The position numbers and the translations under genes are program-made. From an uncultured Chthonomonadaceae bacterium (GTDB lineage: Bacteria; Armatimonadota; Chthonomonadetes; Chthonomonadales; Chthonomonadaceae), in assembly GCA_963817895.1 (NCBI GenBank), contig CAWFQB010000011.1, positions 192,001 through 256,000 of the forward strand: DNA of 64,000 nt, written 5' to 3'. Position 1 is the first letter of the stretch. Every line of letters starts with the position of its first letter. Shown in pieces: positions 10,002-20,054 of this stretch. Below the pieces are notes generated by a model. That model was not told the DNA's origin and ran no database searches. It saw nothing but the letters and a program-made list of their open reading frames with translations.

Positions 10002-11351
10002 ATGTCACATGGTTTGGACTCGGAAATTCAAAATTCAACATCCAACAGCGAGACGCCTTCAGGCTGGCTCGGCTGGTATCAGCGCGTTCCCCTGTTTGCG
10101 CGTATTTTGATTGCGCTTGTGCTTGGAGTTATTGCCGGGGAGTTGATGGGATCACACGCGGCAATGTTCAAGCCTTTTAGCGCGGTTGTCCTCCGGCTGT
10201 TGGGCGCGCTGGCGACACCGCTCATATTTATGGCCGTTGTCCGGGCGCTGCTCAAGGCGAAAATCAGCGGGCGCGCCGGAATGCGGCTGGTTTCCCTCCT
10301 GCTTCTCAATACGGTAGTTGCCATTGTCATTGGCCTGGCAGTGGCAAACGTCGTTCAGCCGGGCGTTCGCGCCGACATTGCCGTGACACGCGCCACTTTG
10401 TCGCAAAAGCCTTTTGATCCCGTAGAAGACCTTTTGGGCAAGATACCTGGCAGCGTGGTAAAGCCATTCGCCGACAACGATATTATGGCGATCATTCTCA
10501 TCGCGCTCGCCATTGGCATCGGGCTGAGAAAAGTGGGTCAGCAGCAGGAAAGCGAATTGGCGAATGAGAGCGTATCGGCGCAGGAACGCAGCGCGATTCC
10601 CATCATAGAGGCTTTTCTGGATACGGGTTTCCGCCTGGTGATGGTGATCCTGCACTGGATACTGGAACTGGTTCCCTTTGCTGTTTTTGGCGTGGTCGCC
10701 CAGAAGGTGGGCATGGAGGGTATCGGCGCGTTCAAGCCGATGCTGTGGTTCATCTTCGCCGTTCTGCTCGCGCTCGGCCTGCAAACGCTGTACTATCTGG
10801 CCCGCGTTCGATTCGGCTCCTGGGTGCGCCCCGGACAGTTTCTCAAAGGTGGCTCCGAAGCGTTGCTGATGGCGTTCTCAACCGCGAGTTCCGCCGCCAC
10901 GCTTCCCATCACGTACCATTGCATGAGAGACAAAATCGGCGTTCGGGAAGACTCGGTCAGCCTGGGGGTGATGGTCGGGGGCGCGTTCAATCACGATGGA
11001 ACCGCGCTGTATGAGGCGATGGCGGCCCTGTTCATTTCTCAGGTCATCGGCAGGCATTTAGGATTGGGCGAGCAGTTGCTTGTAGTCTTCATGGCCGTAA
11101 CCGCGTCGGTCGGCGCAGCCGGTATTCCCGAAGCCGGACTTGTCACGATGATGGCCGTCTTCACCGCCGTCAGGCTCCCCGTAGAAATGATACCCATGCT
11201 GCTGACGGTTGACTGGTTCCTCGACCGCTGCCGAACGGCTATCAACGTCATGGGGGATATGAGCGTTACCTGCATCCTCGATGGCAAAACCGCAGCCGCG
11301 CCGGTAGTGGCAGAAGTTCACGAGTTTGCGGTCGGGGCGCAAACCGCCTGA
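10002..11351 (+). CDS. Dicarboxylate/amino acid:cation symporter (DAACS, GltP/GltT family)
   Basis: Motifs FSTASSAATLP, NHDGTALYE (variant of NMDGT), SVGAAGIP and DWFLDRCRTAINVMGD. Confidence 0.9.
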   Translation: MSHGLDSEIQNSTSNSETPSGWLGWYQRVPLFARILIALVLGVIAGELMGSHAAMFKPFSAVVLRLLGALATPLIFMAVVRALLKAKISGRAGMRLVSLLLLNTVVAIVIGLAVANVVQPGVRADIAVTRATLSQKPFDPVEDLLGKIPGSVVKPFADNDIMAIILIALAIGIGLRKVGQQQESELANESVSAQERSAIPIIEAFLDTGFRLVMVILHWILELVPFAVFGVVAQKVGMEGIGAFKPMLWFIFAVLLALGLQTLYYLARVRFGSWVRPGQFLKGGSEALLMAFSTASSAATLPITYHCMRDKIGVREDSVSLGVMVGGAFNHDGTALYEAMAALFISQVIGRHLGLGEQLLVVFMAVTASVGAAGIPEAGLVTMMAVFTAVRLPVEMIPMLLTVDWFLDRCRTAINVMGDMSVTCILDGKTAAAPVVAEVHEFAVGAQTA

Positions 11352-11397
11352 CAAAACGAGTGAATAGTGGAAAGTGGATAATAGAAGGAGGTGTCCT

Positions 11398-12366
11398 ATG
11401 GACTGGCTGTTTCATAATCCCATTGGCGAGATGTATGGCCCAACGTTTCTGATGGTCTACGGCATTGTGATTGTAACCACGCTGACTGCCTGTTACCATG
11501 CTGCGCGATGGAACAGCGCGGGAGGAAACGCTCCGCCTTCCGTACCCGCCAACCCCGACCCGTATGAGATCGCGTATCTGCGCGGCAGTGAGAATGAAGT
11601 GATACGGCTGGCGATTTTCCGTTTGATGCAGGCCGGGTATTTGCAGGCGGCTGGCGACAGGGCAGATAAACTCCGCAGTGTCGATTCGCCCGTTTCTGCC
11701 CGCGCATTGTCCGCGATAGAAGCGCAGGTACTGGCCTATTTCAGCGCGCCGCGTGGGGCAGGGGAGATATTCGCGTCTGCGTTGCCCGGACGTATCCGAG
11801 AGTCGTGCGGCGACTATGAGGAGTGGTTGAGCGCGGCAGGGTTGCTGAACGGGCGACAGGCCGACGAACACGCCCGCCGCGTCTTCTGGATCGGCGCGAT
11901 GGCGATCTTCGGATTGGGAAGTTACAAACTGGTGGCGGCAGTGAACAACGGCCACTACAACATCGGCTTCCTGATTGTCATGGGAGTAATTTCGCTGCCG
12001 CTGCTGATAGGCGTTTGCCATCTGCCGCGCCTGAGCGCGTCGGGGAAACGGTATCTGGAACAATTGCAAATCGCGTTCAGCGGCTTGCGAACACGCCTGT
12101 CGGACGACAAGTTAAATGGCAGAGACGATGAGCAGGTGCTGTCTGTAGCCCCTCTCGCGCTGGCCGTGTTCGGAGTTGGCGTTCTGGCGGCCACGCCCTA
12201 TACGGATTATCATCAGATGTTCCAGAAGGCGGCAAACGCGCCCGTGAGCGCGGGGGGCTGTGGCGGCGCAAGCAGTTGTGGTGGAGGGGGTTGCGGTGGA
12301 GGCGGCGGGTGCGGCGGTGGTGGTTGTGGTGGTGGTGGCTGCGGGGGGTGTGGCGGCGGAGGGTAA
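11398..12366 (+). CDS. TIGR04222-domain integral membrane protein with a C-terminal Gly/Cys low-complexity tail
   Basis: RBS GGAGG before ATG 11398. It has GPTFLMVY, DPYEIAYLRG, 3-4 hydrophobic segments and RLSASGKRYL. The tail GGCGGASSCGGGGCGGGGGCGGGGCGGGGCGGCGGGG has 7 Cys. Confidence 0.85.
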   Translation: MDWLFHNPIGEMYGPTFLMVYGIVIVTTLTACYHAARWNSAGGNAPPSVPANPDPYEIAYLRGSENEVIRLAIFRLMQAGYLQAAGDRADKLRSVDSPVSARALSAIEAQVLAYFSAPRGAGEIFASALPGRIRESCGDYEEWLSAAGLLNGRQADEHARRVFWIGAMAIFGLGSYKLVAAVNNGHYNIGFLIVMGVISLPLLIGVCHLPRLSASGKRYLEQLQIAFSGLRTRLSDDKLNGRDDEQVLSVAPLALAVFGVGVLAATPYTDYHQMFQKAANAPVSAGGCGGASSCGGGGCGGGGGCGGGGCGGGGCGGCGGGG

Positions 12367-12444
12367 GAAAGCGGAAAATGGCAGACTTGTTTGCTATTTC
12401 ATTCTTATTCAAATGATTAGTTGAAACAGCGCGAAAGGAACATT

Positions 12445-13353
12445 ATGCGGCAGGAGGTTGCTTTGCAAACTAAGGGCAGGATGGCAGCGGCAGACGCGCC
12501 ATTTGTGGGAATACAAACACAGAATTCGGCTCTGCCTGTTCTGGGTGTCGGGCTTGGGATGCGCGAACCGTTTCTGAGCGACATATTCCTGCATCGGCAG
12601 GAGATAGATTTTCTGGAAATTATCGCCGACCACTATTTTGAGGCCACGCCGCGCAAAGCGGAAGAATTGGAACTGCTGCGGGCGCATTTCCCGCTTGTGC
12701 CGCACGGTCTGGATTTGTCGCTCGGCAGCGCGGACGGGCTGGACAGTTCATATCTGGAACGCATGGCAAAACTGGTGAATGCTCTCAATCCGCCCTGGTG
12801 GAGCGAACATATCGCGTTTACCAGAGCCGGGGGCGTGGACATCGGGCATTTGTGCGGGATGCCGTTTACTCGCGAAGCGCTGGATACCCTCTGCCGCAAC
12901 ATCAGGCAGGCGCAGGAACAGATTGCCGCGCCCCTGATTCTGGAAAATATCACGTATACGATGCAATGGCCGGACGCGGAAATGAGCGAATCGCAATTTC
13001 TGACGGAACTGGTCACGCGAACGGATTGCGGCCTGCTCCTCGACATCACCAATCTGTACACCAATGCGGTAAACTGGGGTTACGACCCCTGCACGTTTCT
13101 AAATGAGTTGCCGCTGGAAAAAGTGGTTCAATTCCATTTTGTCGGCGGCGAGTGGCAGGGCAATGAGTTGATTGACAGCCATTCGCAGGCCACGCCGCCC
13201 GAAGTGTGGCAGCTGATGGAAGAAGCCTGCAAGCGTACATCAGTCAAAGGTATCCTGCTGGAGCGCGACGAAAACCTGCCGCCGTTCGGGGAAATCACTG
13301 GCGAACTGGCGCGGGCAAAGGAGATTGGAAGGCGGCAGGGGAAATGGGATTGA
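12445..13353 (+). CDS. DUF692 family multinuclear non-heme iron oxidative enzyme (MNIO, MbnB-like)
   Basis: Motifs GVGLGMR, FLEIIADH, PHGLDLSLGS, WSEHIAF, LENI, LLDITNLY, QFHFVGG, IDSH and LERD. The exact start is uncertain (12421, 12445 or 12481). Confidence 0.92.
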   Translation: MRQEVALQTKGRMAAADAPFVGIQTQNSALPVLGVGLGMREPFLSDIFLHRQEIDFLEIIADHYFEATPRKAEELELLRAHFPLVPHGLDLSLGSADGLDSSYLERMAKLVNALNPPWWSEHIAFTRAGGVDIGHLCGMPFTREALDTLCRNIRQAQEQIAAPLILENITYTMQWPDAEMSESQFLTELVTRTDCGLLLDITNLYTNAVNWGYDPCTFLNELPLEKVVQFHFVGGEWQGNELIDSHSQATPPEVWQLMEEACKRTSVKGILLERDENLPPFGEITGELARAKEIGRRQGKWD

Positions 13354-14040
13354 GCGAGATGCAGCGCGGACTGGCCCTCCTGTTGACGGATGCAGACATG
13401 CGCGAACGGTTTGCCGCCGATCCGCGAGGCGTAGAGCAGACACTGAACTTGAGCGCGGAAGAAATGGCGCAACGGGCGTTGCCGGCAGGCGCGGAGGTGG
13501 AACGCTTCGCCTGTTCGCTGCGCGCAAAGCGGTGGAACGAGATTCAAAAGTTGCTGCCGATTTCCACTCAGGGGGCGCAAAGCGTTGGGGTTCCGTTGCG
13601 GCGCGCGTTTTTGCGATTCGCGCAGGGGTATGTGCCGCAGGGAAGCAAGCGTCACGCGCAGGACGCGCTTGCTTTCGCCGATTGGGTAGGGCGGCAGCCG
13701 AAAGAAACGTTTCAAGATGCTGTCGGTACACATCATAAGGCGAACGCCGCATGGCTGCCCGACTTGATACGCTACGAGGCGGCGTGGCTGGAAATGCAGA
13801 TCACGCCCGCGCGCTTCTGGATGTTGCGCCGATTTTCGTATCCCGTTCCCCTGCTGGCGCGCGCTCTGTCCCAATCTCAACCAGGGGACGCGACATTGGA
13901 GAGTTTACTACCCGGTCAATTATCCGCCCGAACCATTTTTATTATCTGGCTGCGCCTGTCGCCGAATGGCAGGCTGCGCAACTGTAAGTTTGTCTCTGCC
14001 CGCGCCCGCCGCAAGTTCCGCCGCGCTGAAGATCTCATAA
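13344..14040 (+). CDS. Helical MNIO partner protein (SCO6045-C/DUF2063-like, possible substrate-recognition subunit)
   Basis: ATG 13344 overlaps the DUF692 end. Motifs are MQRGLALLLTDADMRERFAADP, FACSLRAKRWNEIQKLLP, DALAFADW and DLIRYEAAWL. A 1-nt indel near 13985 would end it at TAA 14038-14040. As assembled, it reads through into the next gene. Confidence 0.65.
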
Positions 14041-14057
14041 AATATAAGGAAAAATCC

Positions 14058-15293
14058 ATGTTTCTGCTGAATTCCCGTTTCCATTGTCTGGCTTTTACGT
14101 CTGCGCTGTTGCTGTCGCTGTCCGGCTTGCCGGTTCGGGCGGAAGAGCCGTTCGCGTCCGGCAGTTTCCAATCCGCCTGCGCCCTTGCGGGCAAAACCAA
14201 ACGCATTGTTGTCGTGGATTTTTATACGACGTGGTGCGGGCCGTGCAAAAAGCTGGATGAGACGACGTGGAAAGACAAGACCGTACGGGCGTGGCTGACA
14301 CAAACCGCTATCAGTCGCAAGGTAGACGCGGAAAAGCAGACCGCGCTGGCGGCCAAATACAAAATCGGCGCGTATCCCACCATTCTGCTGCTCAAGCCCG
14401 ATGGAACCGAGATTGACCGCCTGATAGGGTTTCTCGACCCCAAAACGTTTCTCACGGAAGTGAAACAGGCGCTTGCGGGGAAGGACAGCATCGCCCGCGC
14501 CAGATTGAAAATGAACGCCAAAGGCAAGGATGACGCGATGGAGCGGATGAACTACGCCGACGCGCTGGCGCAGAAAGGCCGCAATGCCGACGCGCTTAAA
14601 GAGTATCTATGGTGTCTGGATGAGGGCAACAAGCATACTCCGGGCTTTTACGGCGTCCGGCTCTCGTTTCTGTTGAGCGACATTATGCGACTCGGCGAGC
14701 AATACCCGCCCGCGCTGACGGCTCTCAAACAGCGCCGGGACGCGGCTCGCGCCGCCCTTATAAAAGGTTCCGCCGACACCGACATTGCGGCGGATTTCGC
14801 TTCATACAATGAAAACCTGGGGCAGCAGGCGGATACCCTGACCGTTTACGACCGCATCAAATCCCAAAAATCGCAGGCTTCCACGTCTCTGTTTCGTTCC
14901 ATTTCCCCCCTGCTTTTGGAACAGAAACGCTATGATGACCTGATTGACGGAACCGTAAACCTTTCGGCGTATATGGATATGGAACTTGCCACTTTCAAAC
15001 TGATGAGCGCGAACGCGCAAATAGACAAGCGAACCGTCGCGTATATGAAGGGGGAACTGGTGAAATCCATGGGCGGCTACTACGAGGCGCTGTTGGGAAC
15101 CGATAAAACGACGGAAGCGGACGAATTGCGCGACAAACTGCTGGCGTTCGATGGCGGCGCGGCCACGTATGGCGAGTTGATGCGCCATGCCACGCGGGCA
15201 GGCAAGCCCGAAGCCGCGCAGAAGCTGAAAGAAGCCGCCAAAACCGCGCTTAGCGCTGACGGCTATGCCCAACTGGAAAAAGCGCAACCCTGA
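14058..15293 (+). CDS. Exported thioredoxin-fold protein with a helical/TPR-like C-terminal domain
   Basis: RBS AAGGA, then a signal peptide ending PVRA. Active site DFYTTWCGPCKKL and cis-Pro motif AYPTILLL. Confidence 0.85.
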   Translation: MFLLNSRFHCLAFTSALLLSLSGLPVRAEEPFASGSFQSACALAGKTKRIVVVDFYTTWCGPCKKLDETTWKDKTVRAWLTQTAISRKVDAEKQTALAAKYKIGAYPTILLLKPDGTEIDRLIGFLDPKTFLTEVKQALAGKDSIARARLKMNAKGKDDAMERMNYADALAQKGRNADALKEYLWCLDEGNKHTPGFYGVRLSFLLSDIMRLGEQYPPALTALKQRRDAARAALIKGSADTDIAADFASYNENLGQQADTLTVYDRIKSQKSQASTSLFRSISPLLLEQKRYDDLIDGTVNLSAYMDMELATFKLMSANAQIDKRTVAYMKGELVKSMGGYYEALLGTDKTTEADELRDKLLAFDGGAATYGELMRHATRAGKPEAAQKLKEAAKTALSADGYAQLEKAQP

Positions 15294-15412
15294 TTGCGGC
15301 AAGCCGGAAACCAATCCGTCGTGAAAAGGCGTCCTGTAAAGCGAAATCCAAAGCGTTGTGCTTCGCCGCGCGTTGCGGCGAAGCAGCGGGCAAGACCTGC
15401 TTGCCGGAACAG

Positions 15413-16699
15413 TTATCGGGATGGAATAATGCGTACTTCGCAGGGGCCAAGTTCGACCCGGCCCTGACTTTCCTGCGGTAGCTGGAAGCTTGTTGGCGTT
15501 TTGCGCGTATTCACCAGTACCGTGAAGGCTTCCTTTCCCAGCGTTTTTGTGAACGCGATCACGTCGTCGTTTCCGAATTCGCGCATCTCTCCCCGCCGCA
15601 GGGCTTCATGAGCGTTCACGAGGTGAAGCAACGCGGTGAATCGGCGCAAATCAGCCTGCCCGGTATGCCAATTCAGCCGGGAGCGCGTGAAAATAGGGAT
15701 CGCTTCCGGCCAGGCGATCTCTTCGCCATTATATACCAGAGGGTTGCCGCCATACAGGGCGGCAAGGGCAAAGGCCGCGTACGCGCCCTCACTGCTTCCA
15801 TATACGGAAACCGGGGAAGCGGCCACGCTTTCATCGTGATTGGTGGCGTAGTGCATCATCGGACGACCTCCCTCCTTCCGCAACGCTTCCCGAAGGCGCG
15901 AGGCGGGTTTGCCACGTCCGATTACCTCTTTAAGAGCCGCGCAGAAATCCCAGGCATACACGTAATCGAAGCCGGATTGATAATGATCCGGGCGAGCGCC
16001 TTCGGCAAGCAACAGCAGTTTCTTCGTGGAATGGGCGTGCAGGGACGTGATCAACGGCTGCCAGAAATCGCGAGAAATGAAGTCGGCGGCATCGCAGCGA
16101 AAACCATCCACATCCGCATTGTCGAGCCAGAACTCCATGCATCGGGCCATCTCCGCGCTCATCGCGGCGTTGTTGTGATCGAGTTGCGCGACATCTTGCC
16201 AGACAGTCCCCGGCGGAATAATCGCGTTCCCCGCCGCGTCCTGCCGATACCACTCTTTATGCTGAGACAGCCAGGGATGATCCCACGCCGTGTGGTTGGG
16301 AACCCAATCGAGGATTACGGCAAGTCCGAGGCCATGCGCGCGCTTTACAAAGCGTTGCAGATCGGTCAGGCTGCCAAGAGCGGGATTGACGCGGGTATAG
16401 TCGGCGACCGAGTAGGGCGACCCCAGGCCGCCGGCGGACCGTACCTGGCCCACAGGATAGATCGGCATCAGCCACACGACCGTCGCGCCGAGTTTACGAA
16501 TGGCGGGTAGCCTTGCTTCCGCGCCATTCAGATCGCCCGTAGACGAAATGGCGCGAAAGTTCACTTCGTAAAAGACCTCCTGCGTTGCGGCGCGGGAGGC
16601 AAGCGGCCACAGAATCAGCGCCATTATAAGAAAGCGGAAAGCCGCGCAAGTCCATCGCTTGTTCGAGCCTTTTATCTTCTTCGTTCGGTTCGCGAACAC
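15413..16699 (-). CDS. GH13 alpha-amylase family glycosyl hydrolase (secreted)
   Basis: Conserved GH13 regions WLMPIYP, LDWVPNHT, DGFRCDAA, LAEG and TNHD. The start is assigned to a GTG after AAGGAG. Confidence 0.88.
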   Translation of the reverse strand: MFANRTKKIKGSNKRWTCAAFRFLIMALILWPLASRAATQEVFYEVNFRAISSTGDLNGAEARLPAIRKLGATVVWLMPIYPVGQVRSAGGLGSPYSVADYTRVNPALGSLTDLQRFVKRAHGLGLAVILDWVPNHTAWDHPWLSQHKEWYRQDAAGNAIIPPGTVWQDVAQLDHNNAAMSAEMARCMEFWLDNADVDGFRCDAADFISRDFWQPLITSLHAHSTKKLLLLAEGARPDHYQSGFDYVYAWDFCAALKEVIGRGKPASRLREALRKEGGRPMMHYATNHDESVAASPVSVYGSSEGAYAAFALAALYGGNPLVYNGEEIAWPEAIPIFTRSRLNWHTGQADLRRFTALLHLVNAHEALRRGEMREFGNDDVIAFTKTLGKEAFTVLVNTRKTPTSFQLPQESQGRVELGPCEVRIIPSR

Positions 16700-16791
16700 G
16701 CTTCCACTCTCCTTTTCCACAGAACAAATCACCTGTGAAGTAATATACCCCATACACGGGGCTGACAGTTTCCGGGGCGGGTTGATACGGC

Positions 16792-16820
16792 TTGACATCA
16801 GGGACGCTATCCGCTACAAT
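16792..16820 (+). promoter_or_regulatory. Sigma-70 type promoter for the TPR gene
   Basis: TTGACA-17 bp-TACAAT, about 50 bp before ATG 16872. Confidence 0.6.
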
Positions 16821-16871
16821 ACTAGAGTGAATTGGCCTATTTCTTGAGAATTGTACGGAGAGTGTTTACCC

Positions 16872-19800
16872 ATGAGTTTAACTTCCGCGCGTCCCCCCGC
16901 TTGATACTGGCCGCGCTGGCCGCCTGCTGTCTGTCCCCCGCAGTCGGGGCGCAAAATAAGCCCGCGTCCCCGCCCCCGCGCCCCCCGGCGCGCGCTCGCC
17001 GGGAACCAACGCGCAGGGGACGCCCGCGCCGCCCGCGATTACGCCCGAAATCCAGAAAAGCCATCGCGCAGTTTCAAACCGCCGCGAAATTTCAGCAGGA
17101 GCGCAAAATTCCGCAGGCGATTGCCGCGTATCAGGAGTTTCTCCGGCTTGGCGCGCAGGCCAAAATGAGCGACAGCATGATGCTGCCCGCGTATGACAAC
17201 CTGTTTCGCCTGTACCAGTCGCGGCAGGACGCGAAGGGCATGGAATCCACGCTCGGCCACCTTGCCCAATCCATGCCGCAAAATCCGGGTATTCAGGTGG
17301 AGTACGCCCTGCTGTATCTGGGACAGAAACGCTTTGACGAGGCGGAAAAAAGCGCGGATAAAACGCTGACATTGAAGCCGCCCCCGCCGCTTGGCAGCGC
17401 AGGCGCATTTTGTTAAGGGCGCTGTCGCCCATACCCGCAAGCAGTGGAGCGTGGCGGAAAAAGAGTACGCACCTCCCTGACGCTGGTTCCGGGCAACCCG
17501 CAAGTGTTGTTCAATCTGCTTCAAGCGCAAAACGAAGAGAAGAAGACCCTTCCGGCCATTAAAACGGCGGAAAAACTGGTGAAAGTCGCGCCCCGCATGG
17601 TTCCCGCGTGGCTGCTGCTGGCGACTCTGCGGCAGCAGAACAAAGATTTGCCCGGCGCGATTTCCGCTTACAACGGCGCGTTGAAAGCCGAACCCAACAA
17701 CCGAGTCGCCCTGTTCAACCGCGCCCTGCTCGCGCAGCAGTTGCTGCGCGTGGATGAGGCTATCAGCGGATATGCCGCGTATCTGGAAATCGCGCCCGAC
17801 GATTTTACCGCCCACTACAATTTGGGGCTGCTGTATGCGGAACTGCGCAACTACGCGGGAGCGCGCAAACATTTCGGCGCGGCGGCAGGCGTAAAGCCCA
17901 AAGAGGCCCGCGCGCTGTATCAGTGGGCGTTGAGTGAGCGCGAAGCCGGGTTTGCCCTGCCGGCGGAAGCCCCCGAACAAACTTGCTTGCGCAGTCCGTC
18001 GTTCACTTCAAACAGGCCATCGCGCTGGAGCCGAAGAATGTAGACATGCAGGACCAACTCGCCGCCCTGTATGAGCGCGACAACCACTTTGAGGAGGCCG
18101 TCGCGCTGTTCAAGCAGCGGCAGGCGCAAGACCCGGATAATCCTGAAACCTATCAGCGGCTGACTACGGCGTATACAGGGATGCGGCGACTGGACGACGC
18201 CATTGCCGAGTGGCGCAAATACCGCAGCCGCAAGCCCAACGACCCCCTATCCTATGGCGAAATCGCCAAACTGTGGGAGGGCAGCAGCAAATGGCAGGAG
18301 GCGCGCGACGAGCGGCTGGAACAGATCAAACTGGACCCGAAAGACGGCGTTGCCAAACTCAGCCTTGCCCACGATTACAGCCAACTGAAGCAGCCCGACA
18401 ACGCGGCTTCCGAGTACCGGCTGGTACTGGATTTGGACGTGAGCGCGAAGGATATTGGCGACAGGGAGCGTATGTATATCGCCGCCGCTCGCCGCAACTG
18501 GCGCGTGAAAGCGTGGCAGGGGCTGTCGGAAATCTCCTCAGACGCGGGTAAATACGAGGATGCGATTGCCTATCTGCGCAACGTGCAGGAGGATGCGATA
18601 CAGCAGGCGAAGCGCGACCAGAAACCCGCCGACGCGCAAACGTATCTCGACATCGCCAACCTGTACGAACGCGCCAACCAGTCCGAACCGGCGCGTAAAG
18701 AGTTGAAAGCCCTGACCGATATGCGCCCGGACGATGCCGTAGTGTTTGCCGCGCTGTCCGATTTCGAGGAGCGGCACGGGCAGACCGAGGCTGCTGTCAC
18801 GGCTCTGCGTCGGGCCGAAGAGCGCGCCGCCGACCCGGTTGTTTACGGCCTGCAAATCGCCGGTTTGTACCGGAAGCACAACCTGCCTGACAAAGCCATT
18901 GCGGAATACGTGCGCCTGCTGGAAAAACACCCGAAAGAGGCGCGAATTGAGGAGCCGTATGCCGCGTATCTTGGGCAGGCGGGCAACGATTCTCGCGCCC
19001 TCGTCCTGTACGATGCGCTGCTGAAGGCCAATCCGAAAGACATACAACTGCTGGACAAAAAGGCCAACGCGCTGACTCGCCTGAAACGCTACCCAGAAAG
19101 CATCGCGGTACGCGAAAAAATTGTGGACGCGCAGCCGGAAGTGTATCAGGGGTATGCCGCCCTGTTGAATCTGTACACGTTGGAAAACAGGCCGGAAGCG
19201 TACCGGCAGTGGCTTGGCAGCCGCGTGGAAAAAGACCCCGGCAATCTGCCCGCGATGGCCGCTCTCGTGGATGCGTACGAGCAGCAAAAAATGGACGACG
19301 AGGGCTGGAAACTGGTTCGGGGCATTGTTCAAAAGCACAGGAGCGACCCCGAAGTTCAGCAAACCTTTGTTAATGTGCTTTCGCAGCATAACCGGATGGA
19401 GGAGGCCATCGGCGTACAGCGCGAAATGGCGCATTTGAGGCCCAACGATCTGGACGCGCATATCAAACTGGCCGACCTGCTGGCAGGCAGCGGCAATCCG
19501 GGCGAAAGCAACAAAGTGTTTCTGACTATGAGCGACGACGCGAATGTGTCCCTTGCGATACGGACGCAGGCGCGGCGCGTCCTCGCGAAGCGGCTGGAAA
19601 ATCAGGTCAAACTGGAAGACGCGATTGAGCAGTACAAAGCCGTCGTGAAAGCGGAACCGGGGGATTTGACCTCCACATTCGCGCTCGGACGCCTGCTGAT
19701 ACAAATGGGACACGATCAGGAAGCCATCGCCTATTACACCGAACATGCCGGGGAAACCAAATCACCCCTGCTGCGCGCGTATTATCTGGTACGATTGGGC

Positions 19801-20010
19801 GGCATTTACGAGAAGCAGGGGCATAAGGATGAGGCGCTAAAGCAGTATCACGAAGCGCAGCGCGTATATCCGCAAAATGAGGAGGTCGGTGGGGCCATTC
19901 AGCGGCTCATGCAGGCCAAGCAGGATAACAGCAAACCTTCAATCCCGAACACGGGAGATAAAAAGCCTGTCAACGCGACAAATGACACCGGAAAACCGAC
20001 AGGAAAATAG
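16872..20010 (+). CDS. Large exported tetratricopeptide-repeat protein (~1000 aa), split by several frameshifts
   Basis: Signal peptide (LILAALAACCLSPAVGA) and continuous TPR units across ORFs 16832..17416, 17444..18043 and 17983..20010. Confidence 0.8.
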
Positions 20011-20054
20011 CAGCGATAAGAAGTAATAACCACAGGCGGTAACAACCTGACCGA

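Noticed and set aside
12367..12444. Small standalone RiPP precursor next to the DUF692 gene
   Set aside because: The gap is under 80 bp and has no Cys-containing ORF with an RBS.
13206..15293. Single 695-aa protein as given in the ORF track
   Set aside because: The first 46 codons overlap the DUF692 gene, and an internal RBS, ATG and signal peptide at 14058 indicate a separate gene.
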